Of a DNA stretch of 64,000 nt, positions 43,909 through 53,474 are shown in pieces; the first letter of the stretch is position 1, and each line of letters starts with the position of its first letter. Made by a program: the position numbers and the translations under genes. The stretch is taken from the NCBI GenBank assembly GCA_910583525.1, contig CAJTXL010000009.1, positions 6,023 through 70,022 of the forward strand, given 5' to 3'. The notes under the pieces were generated by a model. The model did no database searches and was not told the origin of the DNA. It saw nothing but the letters and a program-made list of their open reading frames with translations. This stretch comes from an uncultured Muribaculaceae bacterium. GTDB taxonomy: Bacteria > Bacteroidota > Bacteroidia > Bacteroidales > Muribaculaceae.

Positions 43909-44562
43909 TCATTCTTTTGTGCCGTATGCGAGGTCTCCGGCATCGCCGAGGCCCGGCACTATATAGCTGTGGGCGTTTATTTCGGGGTCGATGACGCCTA
44001 CCCACAGCTCGGAGTCGGCCGGCATTACCGATGCCATGTAGTCGACTGCTTTCTGCGATGCTATCACCGATGCCACGTGCACTTTTGAGGGCAGGCCTTT
44101 TGTAAGAAGAGCACGGTAGCTCAGCTCCATCGAGGCCCCGGTGGCGAGCATTGGGTCGCACAGGACGAGCGTCTTGTTGTCGAGCAGGGGCGAGGCGAGG
44201 TATTCGATGCAGATGTCGAAGTTCTCTTTTTCCTTGTACTTGCGGTATGCCGACACGAAAGCGTTTTCGGCGTTGTCGAAGTATCGGAGAAATCCCTGGT
44301 GGAAGGGCACGCCTGCGCGGAAGATGGTGGCGAGCACGAGCTGTTCGTCGATGACGTCGCATTGTGCGTCTACGCCTAATGGTGTGGCGATGCCGGTTTT
44401 GCGGTAGTGCAGGGTGCAGCTTATTTCGTATGCGAAAATCTCGCCGAGGCGTTCGAGATTGCGGCGGAAACGCAGCCTGTCGGTCTGAGTGGTGGTGTCG
44501 CGCATTTCTGCCAGGTACTGGCTTACGAGCGAGGGGTGTTCGGCGAAGTTGTGGATTATCAT
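43909..44562 (-). CDS. upp: Uracil phosphoribosyltransferase
   Basis: MIIHNFAEHPSLVSQYLAEMRDTTTQTDRLRFRRNLERLGEIFAYE...LVLCDPMLATGAS...YIVPGLGDAGDLAYGTKE. ATG 44562 lies inside the longer ORF. Confidence 0.9.
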   Translation of the reverse strand: MIIHNFAEHPSLVSQYLAEMRDTTTQTDRLRFRRNLERLGEIFAYEISCTLHYRKTGIATPLGVDAQCDVIDEQLVLATIFRAGVPFHQGFLRYFDNAENAFVSAYRKYKEKENFDICIEYLASPLLDNKTLVLCDPMLATGASMELSYRALLTKGLPSKVHVASVIASQKAVDYMASVMPADSELWVGVIDPEINAHSYIVPGLGDAGDLAYGTKE

Positions 44563-44609
44563 TGTCAGGGTCTTTTTTTTGAGTATAACGCGGTTGGTGC
44601 GTGAGCGGT

Positions 44610-45398
44610 TTATTCTGCTTCGAAGCGGTCGCCTGCAAGCTTGAGGTTGTTTTCGCGCACGAAGTGCAGTATTTCGGCGCGCACCGGAGTGTCGTCGATG
44701 TCTGTCTCTATTCGTTTGAGCGCGTTGAAGACCGATGTCGAGCACTGGTATATGTGGCGGTATGCTTTTGCGACGTCGTCGATTTGGGCTTCGGTAAATC
44801 CGGCGTGTTTGCGCATCACGACAGAGTTCACTCCGTAGTATGTCACGGGGTTGTGGGCCATTATTGTGTATGGAGGCACGTTCGAGCTGATGCGTGTTCC
44901 GCCTTTTATGAGGGCGAATTTGCCTATGTGCGAGCGTTCGTGCAGTACGACAGATGATGACAGGATTGTGCCTTCATCTATTTTGACGTCGCCGGCGATT
45001 GTCACGCTGTTGCCGATGACGCATTTGTCGGCGATGTGGGTGTCGTGCCCTATGTGGCTGTCGGCGAACACGAAGCTGTCGGCTCCTACGCGTGTTCCAC
45101 CGTCGGCCGCTATGCCCCGGTTGATTATCACGTGCTCGCGGATTATGGTGTTGTCGCCTATGTAGCAGAACGATGGGCCGCCTTTCCAGCGGAAGTCCTG
45201 CGGGTCGGCGCCTACGATTGCGCCTTGGTATACTTTGACTTTTGCCCCCAAGGTTGTTCCGTGGATGACTGATGCGTATGGCATTATTTCACATCCGTCG
45301 CCGATTGTAGTGTCGGCGTCGATATATGCAAAAGGATGGATTGTGACGTCTTTGCCGATTTTGGCCGAAGGGTCGACGTATGCTAACGGGCTTATCAT
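44610..45398 (-). CDS. lpxA: Acyl-ACP--UDP-N-acetylglucosamine O-acyltransferase
   Basis: MISPLAYVDPSAKIGKDVTIHPFAYIDADTTIGDGCEIMPYASV...; hexapeptide repeats plus the LpxA C-terminal helical domain. ATG 45398. Confidence 0.88.
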   Translation of the reverse strand: MISPLAYVDPSAKIGKDVTIHPFAYIDADTTIGDGCEIMPYASVIHGTTLGAKVKVYQGAIVGADPQDFRWKGGPSFCYIGDNTIIREHVIINRGIAADGGTRVGADSFVFADSHIGHDTHIADKCVIGNSVTIAGDVKIDEGTILSSSVVLHERSHIGKFALIKGGTRISSNVPPYTIMAHNPVTYYGVNSVVMRKHAGFTEAQIDDVAKAYRHIYQCSTSVFNALKRIETDIDDTPVRAEILHFVRENNLKLAGDRFEAE

Positions 45399-45842
45399 AG
45401 TATCTGTCGTTTTTAGGTTTGTGAGGCAAATATACGGATTTTTTATTTCAGGGTACACTTCTCGTGCCTTTTTAACCGTATTTTTTGCCACATTTATGCA
45501 AGAAAGGCTAACAGCAGCAACAGGAGCAGCAGAATTGTCTTGAGGAGTTCGCCCATGGTCGTAACAATAGTATTCCGGCGGCCTGTTCCTTCGGCGCCTA
45601 TGCGTTTATACAGAAAAAGCGTGGAACGATGTTCGGTTTATTTCAGAGTAGGCATCGCCAAACGCCTGATATGGAATAAACAGTCCACTCCCACGCCTTA
45701 CCGTATATCGGCTTCCCCTTGTCGGGGAGTGGATATGCGACAAGCAAGGGCGTTGTCTTGACTGCTTTATCCTCCATATCAATGAAAAAATTGGCGATTT
45801 TCCTCTGTGGAATAAAGCAAGAAACGCTTTCAGATATGTAAT

Positions 45843-45865
45843 ACGCAGGCCGTTATGGCCTGCGT
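45843..45865 (-). terminator. 9-bp GC hairpin just downstream of eda
   Basis: acgcaggcc (45843-45851), loop gttat, ggcctgcgt (45857-45865). The U-tract is weak. Confidence 0.4.
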
Positions 45866-45916
45866 TGCAAAGGTACGAAATAAATTCTTTAAGACAAAAA
45901 AGTAGTTCAGCTGCGT

Positions 45917-46579
45917 CTATTTGTTTGCGACGGTTTGCAGGGCGTTCTTGCACATGTCGGTTATGTATTGCCAGTCGGCGGCCTGTATGCGCTCTTTGGG
46001 GAAGAGTTTGCTGCCCATGCCGACGCAGTAGACGCCTGCGCCGAACCATGATTTGAGGTTTTCTTCGCTCGGCTCGACGCCGCCTGTGACCATTAGCTTC
46101 GACCATGGCATGGGGGCGAGCAGGCCTTTGACGAATTTGGGGCCGAGCACGTCGCCTGGGAAGACTTTGCAGAGTTCGCATCCGGCTTCCTGGGCGAAGC
46201 CTACTTCTGAGATGCTTCCGCAGCCGGGAACGTAGGGCACTTGCCTGCGGTTGCATACTTTTGCGACTTCGGGGTTGAAGAGCGGGCCTACCACGAAGCA
46301 TGCGCCGAGCTGCATGTATAGCGCCGCGGTGCCGGGCTCGACTACGGAGCCTACGCCGAGTGCCATGTCGGGGCATTCTTCGGCGGCGTATTTCATGAGG
46401 GTGCCGAATATTTCGTGGGCGAAGTCTCCGCGGTTTGTGAACTCGAATACGCGTACGCCGCCGTCGTAGCATGCCTTAAGGACTGCTTTCGCTGTTTCGG
46501 GGTCTTTGTGGTAGAAGACGGGCACTATGGGGGCCGCGCCTATTTTTGCCATTACGGCCTGTTTGTCGAATCGTGCCAT
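45917..46579 (-). CDS. eda: KDPG / 4-hydroxy-2-oxoglutarate aldolase
   Basis: 220 aa; ...[34 protein letters not shown]...VGSV...PGCGSISE...KVFPG... Eda pattern. Confidence 0.85.
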   Translation of the reverse strand: MARFDKQAVMAKIGAAPIVPVFYHKDPETAKAVLKACYDGGVRVFEFTNRGDFAHEIFGTLMKYAAEECPDMALGVGSVVEPGTAALYMQLGACFVVGPLFNPEVAKVCNRRQVPYVPGCGSISEVGFAQEAGCELCKVFPGDVLGPKFVKGLLAPMPWSKLMVTGGVEPSEENLKSWFGAGVYCVGMGSKLFPKERIQAADWQYITDMCKNALQTVANK

Positions 46580-46583
46580 AGTC

Positions 46584-47606
46584 TTATCGTTGTACGCGTC
46601 CGTTTGCGTTTCCCTTTGCCAAAGCTTTGACTTCGGCTTCGGTAACGAGGTTGAAATCTCCGTTGATTGTGTGTTTGAGCGCCGATGCCGCCACGGCGAA
46701 TTCGAGGGCTTCGTCGGGGGTGTCCATTGTAAGGAGCCCGTGTATCAGGCCGCCCGAAAATGAATCGCCGCCGCCTACGCGGTCGATGATGGGGTCGATG
46801 TCGTAGCGTTTGCTCTGATAGAAGTCTTTGCCGTCGTAGAGCATCGCTTTCCAGCCGTTATGTGTGGCCGAGAAAGATTCGCGCAGGGTCGACACAACAT
46901 ATCTGAAGCCGAATTCGGCCATCATTGCCTTGAAGATGCCTTTGTATCCGTCGGCGTCGGTGTTGCCGGCCTCGACGTCGGCGTCTGGCTTGAAACCGAG
47001 GCACAGTTCGGCGTCTTCTTCGTTGCCGATACATACGTCGACATATTGCATGAGCGGCTTCATGATGCTTTGCGCCTTTTCGGGAGTCCACAGTTTCTTG
47101 CGGAAGTTGAGGTCGACGCTGACGGTGACCCCATGGCGTTTTGCGGCCTCACAGGCGAGGCGCGTGATTTCGGCGGCTTTGTCGCTGATTGCCGGCGTTA
47201 TTCCGCTCCAATGGAACCAGTCGGCGTCTTTCATTATTTCGTCGAAGTCGAAATCTTCGGGGTCGGCTTCGGCGATGGCAGAGCCGGCACGGTCGTATAT
47301 TACTTTCGACGGCCGCATCGAAGCGCCTGTCTCGCAGTAGTATATGCCGACGCGCTTGCCTCCGCGCGCTATGTGTGCGGTGTCTACGCCGTAGCGGCGC
47401 AAGGCGTTTACGGCGGCTTGTCCGATTTCGTGTTCGGGCAGTTTGGAGACGAAGACGGCATGGTGGCCGTAGTTGGCGCAGCTGACGGCCACGTTGGCTT
47501 CGCCGCCGCCCCATATCACGTCGAAGCTGTCGACTTGCACGAAGCGGCGGCAGCCTTGCGGAGAGAGGCGGAGCATGATTTCTCCTAATGTTACTATTTT
47601 ACTCAT
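46584..47606 (-). CDS. kdgK: 2-dehydro-3-deoxygluconokinase (PfkB family)
   Basis: [21 protein letters not shown]...[14 protein letters not shown]...; C-terminal [17 protein letters not shown]. 4 nt before eda. Confidence 0.85.
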   Translation of the reverse strand: MSKIVTLGEIMLRLSPQGCRRFVQVDSFDVIWGGGEANVAVSCANYGHHAVFVSKLPEHEIGQAAVNALRRYGVDTAHIARGGKRVGIYYCETGASMRPSKVIYDRAGSAIAEADPEDFDFDEIMKDADWFHWSGITPAISDKAAEITRLACEAAKRHGVTVSVDLNFRKKLWTPEKAQSIMKPLMQYVDVCIGNEEDAELCLGFKPDADVEAGNTDADGYKGIFKAMMAEFGFRYVVSTLRESFSATHNGWKAMLYDGKDFYQSKRYDIDPIIDRVGGGDSFSGGLIHGLLTMDTPDEALEFAVAASALKHTINGDFNLVTEAEVKALAKGNANGRVQR

Positions 47607-47634
47607 TGTGTTATAGTTGGATGATATGATGACT

Positions 47635-48942
47635 TCAGTTGATTTCGGCCATTAGTTTTACGGCATCGACGTATCGGGCAATTCCTTCGGCCACGGCTTT
47701 TGCATCGCGCATGGCGTGTACTACCGTCGCCGGGCGGTTCGTGACGTCGCCCCCGGCGAATACGCCTTTGCGTGTTGTCATGCCGTAGGGGTTGTCGCGT
47801 GTTAGGACGTATCCTTTGTCGTCGACTTCGATGCCTTGTGTCGTTGATACTATCCGTGCCGCCGGAGAAGAGCCTACGGCGAGGATGAGCCGGTCGAGCG
47901 GCATTGTCTGTTTTGTGCCGTCGGTCTCTACGGTTATCGAGTTGAGCCTGTTGCCTTGACCTCCTTCGATTTCGGTTACCGACGAGCTCCACATGAAGCG
48001 GACGCCTTCGGCGACGGCTTCGTCGTACTCGGCCCGCAGTGCCGACATCTTGTCGATTGTGCGGTGGTATATTATCGACACTTCTGCGGCGCCCATTCTG
48101 AGTGCCGTGCGTGCTGCGTCGATTGCCGTATTTCCGCAACCGATTACGGCAACTTTGTCACCTTGCGATATTACGACTTCTTTGCGCGATATACATCCGC
48201 TTTGGAAAAGGCTCACCCTACGTAGAAACCAAATGGCCTGCCGCACTCCGGGGTGGTTTATGCCAGGAATGTCGAGTTTCTTGGGCTTACCGGTGCCGGT
48301 TCCCATGAATATGGCGTCGAAGCCTTCGGCAAAGAGGTCGTCGACGGTGAAGTCGCGTCCGATTGTAGTGCCGAGCCGGAATGTGACCCCGAGGTTCTCG
48401 ATTTTTTTGATTTCGCGCCTGACGACTTCTTTAGGGAGCCTGTACTCGGGTATGCCGAATTGGAGCACACCGCCGGCTTCGGCCTCCATCTCGAAGATTT
48501 CTACGGCAAAGCCTTGGCGCGAGAGGTCGCCGGCAATGGTCAGGCCTGCCGGGCCGCTTCCGATTACGGCTACGCGTCCGCGGCTCTTTTCGGGGATTGC
48601 TTCATGCGAGAGGCCGGCTTCGCTGTCGAAGTCGGCCACGAAGCGTTCGAGCTTGCCGATGTGCAGCGGTTCTCCTTTTTTGCCAAGTACGCAGTTTCCT
48701 TCGCATTGCCTTTCGTGTCCGCATACGCGTCCGCACACGGCAGGCAGGTTGCTGCGTGTGTTTATTATTTTCATGGCGTTGCCGAAATTGCCTTTGGCGA
48801 TTTCGGCGACCCAGTCGGGGATGTCGTTGCTTATGGGGCATCCCTTTTTGCATGCCGGCAGCTTGCAGTGCAGGCACCGCTGTGCCTCTTTGACTGCTTC
48901 GGCAAGGGTATAGTTTTCTGATACTTCTTTGAAGTTGTCCAT
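47635..48942 (-). CDS. GltD/NfnB-like NAD(P)H-dependent Fe-S flavoprotein oxidoreductase
   Basis: MDNFKEVS... (ATG 48942). Cys clusters CLHCKLPACKKGCP and CGRVCGHERQCEGNC, then a VAVIGSGPAGLT dinucleotide fold and a second VAVIGCGNTAID; the glutamate-synthase small-subunit architecture. Confidence 0.8.
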   Translation of the reverse strand: MDNFKEVSENYTLAEAVKEAQRCLHCKLPACKKGCPISNDIPDWVAEIAKGNFGNAMKIINTRSNLPAVCGRVCGHERQCEGNCVLGKKGEPLHIGKLERFVADFDSEAGLSHEAIPEKSRGRVAVIGSGPAGLTIAGDLSRQGFAVEIFEMEAEAGGVLQFGIPEYRLPKEVVRREIKKIENLGVTFRLGTTIGRDFTVDDLFAEGFDAIFMGTGTGKPKKLDIPGINHPGVRQAIWFLRRVSLFQSGCISRKEVVISQGDKVAVIGCGNTAIDAARTALRMGAAEVSIIYHRTIDKMSALRAEYDEAVAEGVRFMWSSSVTEIEGGQGNRLNSITVETDGTKQTMPLDRLILAVGSSPAARIVSTTQGIEVDDKGYVLTRDNPYGMTTRKGVFAGGDVTNRPATVVHAMRDAKAVAEGIARYVDAVKLMAEIN

Positions 48943-49862
48943 TATTTCATTTCGAGATACTGTATTTTGTCCATGTCGCCATAGTCGAGGTTCTCGCCTC
49001 CCATGCCCCAGATGAACATGTAGTTCGATGTCCCGGCGGCGGCGTGGATAGACCATTCGGGCGACATGACGGCCTGCTCGTTGTGGAGCCATATGAGGCG
49101 GTTTTCCTGCGGCTCGCCCATCAGGTGGCATATGGCGTTGCCCTGCGGCACGTTGAAGTAGAAGTAGCACTCTACGCGGCGGTCGTGGGTGTGGGCCGGC
49201 ATGGTGTTCCAGACGGAGCCGGGCATCAGTTCCGTCAGGCCCATCTGCAACTGGCAGGGGCCCTCATGCAATACGTTGCTTACTATCAGCTGGTTTATTA
49301 TGCGGTCGTTGCTTTCTTCCATCGAGCCGGCTTTGATGCGGTTTGCCTTTATCGAGCCTTTACGGCCGTCGATTGTTATGAGCTGTGTCTTGTAGGCCGT
49401 GTGCGCCGGGGTGGAGTTGAGGTAGAATTTTGCCGGTTCGGTGTCGGATTTCGAGCGGAAGCTTACTTCTTTGTTCCCTCGCCCTACATATAGCGCGTCT
49501 TTGAAGTGCAGTTCGTAGTCTTTGCCGTCGACGGTGACGATGCCGTCTCCGCCTACATTTATCACGCCGAGTTCGCGCCGCTGAAGGAAATAGTCGGCTT
49601 TCAGCGGTTCGATGGCCTCAAGCTTTATCGTTTTGCCCACGGGGATTACGCCGCCGTATATTATGCGGTCGTACATCGAGTATGTGAGGTTTATTTTGTT
49701 CTCTTCGAGCACCCGGGGCATCATGAAATGCCTGCGCAGCTGCTCGGTGTCGTAGTTTTTGACGTCGTCGGGGTGGCATGCCCTGAGGATTGTGTATTCG
49801 GTCTGTGCCTGTGCCGCGAATGCGATTGCGGCGGCAGCGATTGCGGTCAGTAGTTTTTTCAT
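48942..49862 (-). CDS. kduI: 5-dehydro-4-deoxy-D-glucuronate isomerase with an N-terminal signal-peptide-like extension
   Basis: ...[16 protein letters not shown]...[14 protein letters not shown]...[34 protein letters not shown]...[22 protein letters not shown] aligns along its whole length with KduI as I remember the E. coli and Bacteroides proteins. The start [18 protein letters not shown] (ATG 49862) overlaps the upstream stop (ATGA). Confidence 0.88.
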   Translation of the reverse strand: MKKLLTAIAAAAIAFAAQAQTEYTILRACHPDDVKNYDTEQLRRHFMMPRVLEENKINLTYSMYDRIIYGGVIPVGKTIKLEAIEPLKADYFLQRRELGVINVGGDGIVTVDGKDYELHFKDALYVGRGNKEVSFRSKSDTEPAKFYLNSTPAHTAYKTQLITIDGRKGSIKANRIKAGSMEESNDRIINQLIVSNVLHEGPCQLQMGLTELMPGSVWNTMPAHTHDRRVECYFYFNVPQGNAICHLMGEPQENRLIWLHNEQAVMSPEWSIHAAAGTSNYMFIWGMGGENLDYGDMDKIQYLEMK

Positions 49863-51280
49863 TCTTCGGATTGGATTTCGGTTGAGTTTTTTTCGAGCAT
49901 CAGTTGTCTGTTGCGCAGTATGTTTACACGGTTGCGCCACATCATGAAGCATGTGAGCAGGACAATGGCGCTCGCGCCTATGTAGCGCAGGTTTACGGTG
50001 CCTTGGTAGAGAAGCCATGCCAACGGCGAGGCGGCGAAGTCGAGCGAGCCGCCCTCGAAGCCTTGCGGTATCGCCACGGCGGTGTCGGCCGTCATGGCGA
50101 AAACGTCGTGTGCGGCCAGGGTGAATGCCGGGGCGATGTCGGTTACCATATATAGCCCGGCGGTCATTATAATCAAGCCTGTGATGAAAGTCTTTATCAC
50201 GTTGCCTTTTGTAAACGGTAGCACCAGGGGGAAGATGTAGAACATGCCTGCCAATGATGCCAGCGGCAGAAACTGGTTGCCGGGCAAAATAACAGCCAAC
50301 AGCAGCGATGCCGGAATCAGCAGCAGCGAAACTACCAGTGTCGTGGGGTGCCCTATGACAAGTGCCGGCGACATGCCTATGTTGAGGCCATCGGCATTTT
50401 TGAACTTACGGGCTATCAGCCGACGGGTGGCGTCGGAAATCGGTTTGAGGCCTTCGATGAACAAGCCGGTGACGCGCGGTATCAGCTCCATGACGGCTCC
50501 CATCTTTATGCCGAGACCGAGGATGTAGGGTATGTGGTCGACGATGGCGCTCCAAGAGGTGCATGTGAGGCAACCTACGGCAATGCCGACGACAACGCCG
50601 AGGAAGAGCGGCTCGCCGAGCAGCCCGAATTTCTTCTTGAGGCCTTCGGCGTCGATTTCGAGGCGTTGCATTCCGGGAATTTTGTCGAGGCCTTTGTTTA
50701 TTGCCCATGCAAAGGGTGCGAAACCTGCGCAGAAAGGCTGTGGAATGGATATGCCGTCCACATCCTTGTAGAAGCGCTGAAACTTCTGCGCTGTCATGTC
50801 GGCGATAATCAATGTGGCGATGTAGCATATTATGGCGCCGAAAAAGCCCCATGCCAGCGACGATGTGGCAAAGTATATCACGGCTCCGATGAATGCGAAG
50901 TGCCAGTAGTTCCACAGGTCGATGTTTACGGTGCGTGTTGTCTGTGTGAACAGCATGAGCAGGTTCACGCCGAGGCATACGGGTATTATAAGCGCCCCGA
51001 CGGCGGTGTTGTATGCCACGGCTGCAGCCGCCGGCCAGCCCATGTCGAACACTCTGAGCTGCAGGCCGTATATGCCTACTACGGTGTCGAGCGCCGGTCC
51101 GAGCGCCGATGTGAGCAGGGCGGTGACTATCGACAGGCCGATGAAGCCTACGCCCACTTTAAGGCCGCTTTTCAGGGCGTCGCCGAGCCGTATGCCTATG
51201 CACAGCCCGAGGACGGTGAAGATGACGGGCATCATCACCGCGGCCCCGAGGCTGATTATGTAGCTGAATATCTGTTCCAT
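49859..51280 (-). CDS. PTS galactitol-type EIIC (GatC)-like membrane permease, stand-alone
   Basis: 473 aa, polytopic. The N-terminus [50 protein letters not shown]...[14 protein letters not shown]...[12 protein letters not shown] parallels E. coli GatC segment by segment. Confidence 0.75.
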   Translation of the reverse strand: MEQIFSYIISLGAAVMMPVIFTVLGLCIGIRLGDALKSGLKVGVGFIGLSIVTALLTSALGPALDTVVGIYGLQLRVFDMGWPAAAAVAYNTAVGALIIPVCLGVNLLMLFTQTTRTVNIDLWNYWHFAFIGAVIYFATSSLAWGFFGAIICYIATLIIADMTAQKFQRFYKDVDGISIPQPFCAGFAPFAWAINKGLDKIPGMQRLEIDAEGLKKKFGLLGEPLFLGVVVGIAVGCLTCTSWSAIVDHIPYILGLGIKMGAVMELIPRVTGLFIEGLKPISDATRRLIARKFKNADGLNIGMSPALVIGHPTTLVVSLLLIPASLLLAVILPGNQFLPLASLAGMFYIFPLVLPFTKGNVIKTFITGLIIMTAGLYMVTDIAPAFTLAAHDVFAMTADTAVAIPQGFEGGSLDFAASPLAWLLYQGTVNLRYIGASAIVLLTCFMMWRNRVNILRNRQLMLEKNSTEIQSEE

Positions 51281-51281
51281 G

Positions 51282-52085
51282 TCAGGGCTGTTTGCCTATG
51301 TATGCGAGAATACCGCCGTCGACGTACAGTATCTGTCCGTTTACGAAGTCCGATGCGTCGGAGGCGAGGAACACGGCCGGGCCCATGAGGTCTTCGGGCG
51401 TTCCCCAGCGTCCGGCCGGAGTTTTGGCTATGATGAATTTGTCGAAGGGATGTAGCGAGCCGTCGGGCTGTATTTCGCGCAGCGGTGCCGTCTGTGGTGT
51501 GGCGATGTAGCCCGGCCCTATGCCGTTACATTGTATGTTCGCGGCGCCGTACTCCGAACAGATGTTACGGGTGAGCATCTTCAGGCCTCCTTTTGCGGCT
51601 GCGTATGCGCTGACTGTCTCGCGGCCGAGTTCCGACATCATGGAGCATATGTTTATTATTTTGCCGTGTCCTTTGCGTATCATGCCGGGTATTACGGCTT
51701 TTGCGCATATGAACGGCGCCACAAGGTCGATGTCGACTACCTGACGGAAGTCTTCGACTGCCATCTCTTCCATCGGGATGCGTTTGATGATTCCGGCATT
51801 GTTGACGAGAATGTCGATTGTGCCCACTGTCGCTTCGATGTCGGCTACCATTGCTTTGACGGCATCTTCGTCGGTAACGTCGCAGAGATATCCTTTTGCG
51901 TCGATGCCTGCGTCTTTGTAGTTCGCGATGCCCGTTTCCATCGATTTTTGCGTGTGGCAGTTGTAGACTATGCGTGCTCCGGCCTGGTGGAGCGCTTTCG
52001 CGATAGCAAATCCTATTCCGTAGACGCCACCGGTGACGAGGGCTACTTTTCCTTCGAGCGAGAAGTTTACCATATCCTTATTCAT
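51282..52085 (-). CDS. kduD: SDR-family 2-dehydro-3-deoxy-D-gluconate 5-dehydrogenase / gluconate 5-dehydrogenase
   Basis: LEGKVALVTGGVYGIGFAIAKAL (TGxxxGxG), NNAG, and YAAAKGG (YxxxK). Located beside kduI. Confidence 0.8.
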   Translation of the reverse strand: MNKDMVNFSLEGKVALVTGGVYGIGFAIAKALHQAGARIVYNCHTQKSMETGIANYKDAGIDAKGYLCDVTDEDAVKAMVADIEATVGTIDILVNNAGIIKRIPMEEMAVEDFRQVVDIDLVAPFICAKAVIPGMIRKGHGKIINICSMMSELGRETVSAYAAAKGGLKMLTRNICSEYGAANIQCNGIGPGYIATPQTAPLREIQPDGSLHPFDKFIIAKTPAGRWGTPEDLMGPAVFLASDASDFVNGQILYVDGGILAYIGKQP

Positions 52086-53274
52086 ATTTTATTTGCAGAG
52101 GGTTTTCGAGTCGGTGTTTGTATTGTTCGAGATAGCGCGTCCATGCCTCGAACGATTTGATGTCGGCTTTGTCCCAGCCGAAGCCCCAGTAGTATGTGAA
52201 TGTGTCGTCAGGGCTGTAGGTGTCTTTGCAGATGAGGTGACCGTCGGCTTCGAGGCATTCCTGAAATCCGCCGGGGCGGATACAACCTATGAAAATGCGG
52301 CCGTTTCCGTCACCTTGCGTCGGGTCGGTGTAGGCTATGTATCGGGTTTCGTGGTTGGCTGTTCTTTGCCCGTCGTCGTGCAGTGCTATGCCGACGCCTA
52401 TAGGCTTTGGCTGCGTCGTGCCGCTGAACGTTAAGGTCGTTTTGTTGAGGTGTGAACCGGCGTCAAGTGTGATTAGTCGTGTTTCGCATATAGCAGAGTC
52501 CTCTTCGAGTGCAAACGTGGGGTATGTCAGCCTTGCTGTGAAGCGCAGTGGGCCGTTGTCGAGGATTTCGGCGGTGGTGTAGTTTTTTGGCAACACGATT
52601 TCGGCGGAGTCCATCAACGCGGCGCATCCGGCACCCAATGTCGGGCCTACGGCGTAGCAGTCCATGCCGAAACCGTGGTCGTTGTGGTACGAGAATGTCC
52701 TGAGGAATTCGTCGGCCCGGTCGGTCGAAACGGCGCGGATGCTGTCGAACGTTCTCCAGTTGTCGGGGTTTATGTCGTCGGCGTAGAATTGAGGCAGTAT
52801 TATGCCTGCGGTATTGCGCTTGAGCCAAAGGTCGTATCCGTAGAGGCGTTCGCCTTTGTCGTATTTAGCCATGGCGTATGCCCTGAAGCCGACAAGGTCA
52901 TTTTCCCACGAAAGGTCGTTGTCGCGTTCGGGGTAGATGTCGCCGAACGCCGCCGATGCCACATGCAACGGTTTGTCACCTGTGGATATTCTGTATCGGG
53001 TTTCTCCATCGGCTTCTATATCGACGGGAAATATCAGTTTGCCGTCGTAGGTCAGCTGCGACGGGATAGTCTCGCCGTCGAGGTCTTCCACTATATAATG
53101 TTTGCCAGCGAGAAGCCTCGGCAGCCTTGCGGTGTCGAGTTCTACTATTTCATTGAGCCGTTGGATGCCTGACGGGTTGCATACGGTGACAGACACTTTG
53201 TCTGCCTTTGTGCATGCAGTGAATGCCGAGGCGGCTATTATTGCCGGTATTACGTGTTTTAAAGTCCGTTTCAT
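52078..53274 (-). CDS. Lipoprotein, probably DUF4861 family (commonly linked to kduI/kduD in Bacteroidota)
   Basis: MKRTLKHVIPAIIAASAFTAC lipobox; 398 aa; first gene of the uronate operon, overlapping the kduD start by 8 nt. The DUF assignment is from memory of synteny and length only. Confidence 0.5.
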   Translation of the reverse strand: MKRTLKHVIPAIIAASAFTACTKADKVSVTVCNPSGIQRLNEIVELDTARLPRLLAGKHYIVEDLDGETIPSQLTYDGKLIFPVDIEADGETRYRISTGDKPLHVASAAFGDIYPERDNDLSWENDLVGFRAYAMAKYDKGERLYGYDLWLKRNTAGIILPQFYADDINPDNWRTFDSIRAVSTDRADEFLRTFSYHNDHGFGMDCYAVGPTLGAGCAALMDSAEIVLPKNYTTAEILDNGPLRFTARLTYPTFALEEDSAICETRLITLDAGSHLNKTTLTFSGTTQPKPIGVGIALHDDGQRTANHETRYIAYTDPTQGDGNGRIFIGCIRPGGFQECLEADGHLICKDTYSPDDTFTYYWGFGWDKADIKSFEAWTRYLEQYKHRLENPLQIKYE

Positions 53275-53352
53275 GGCGGATTATGCTAAGATGATGGCGG
53301 AAGAAAGTAGGTTATTATTGTGCAAACATACCATCGTCTTTCAAAACGCCGC

Positions 53353-53360
53353 CAAAGTTA
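53353..53360 (-). promoter_or_regulatory. Candidate -7 box TAacTTTG for the uronate operon (a second TAtgTTTG lies at 53324-53331)
   Basis: The reverse complement of caaagtta, about 80 nt upstream of ATG 53274. Confidence 0.3.
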
Positions 53361-53474
53361 ACGATTTTTTGACGAGCTACAATGCCACTTGCCCACAAAT
53401 CGCTGCAAATTCTTTGTAAAACGGCATGTCCCAACTTCTTTTTTGCAAGACAAAAAGAGCCGTATATGGTTGTG

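Noticed and set aside
45494-45556. 20-codon Leu-rich mini-ORF (MGELLKTILLLLLLLLLAFLA) about 95 nt upstream of lpxA: leader peptide or type I toxin?
   Set aside because: It is too short, has no adjacent terminator/antiterminator pair that I can draw, and has no functional link to lpxA. It could be chance in a CTG-rich stretch.
45664-45798. 44-codon minus-strand ORF (MEDKAVKTTPLLVAYPLPDKGKPIYGKAWEWTVYSISGVWRCLL)
   Set aside because: No recognisable family, and it overlaps the helices described for the 45.4-45.9 kb spacer. There is insufficient evidence to call a gene.
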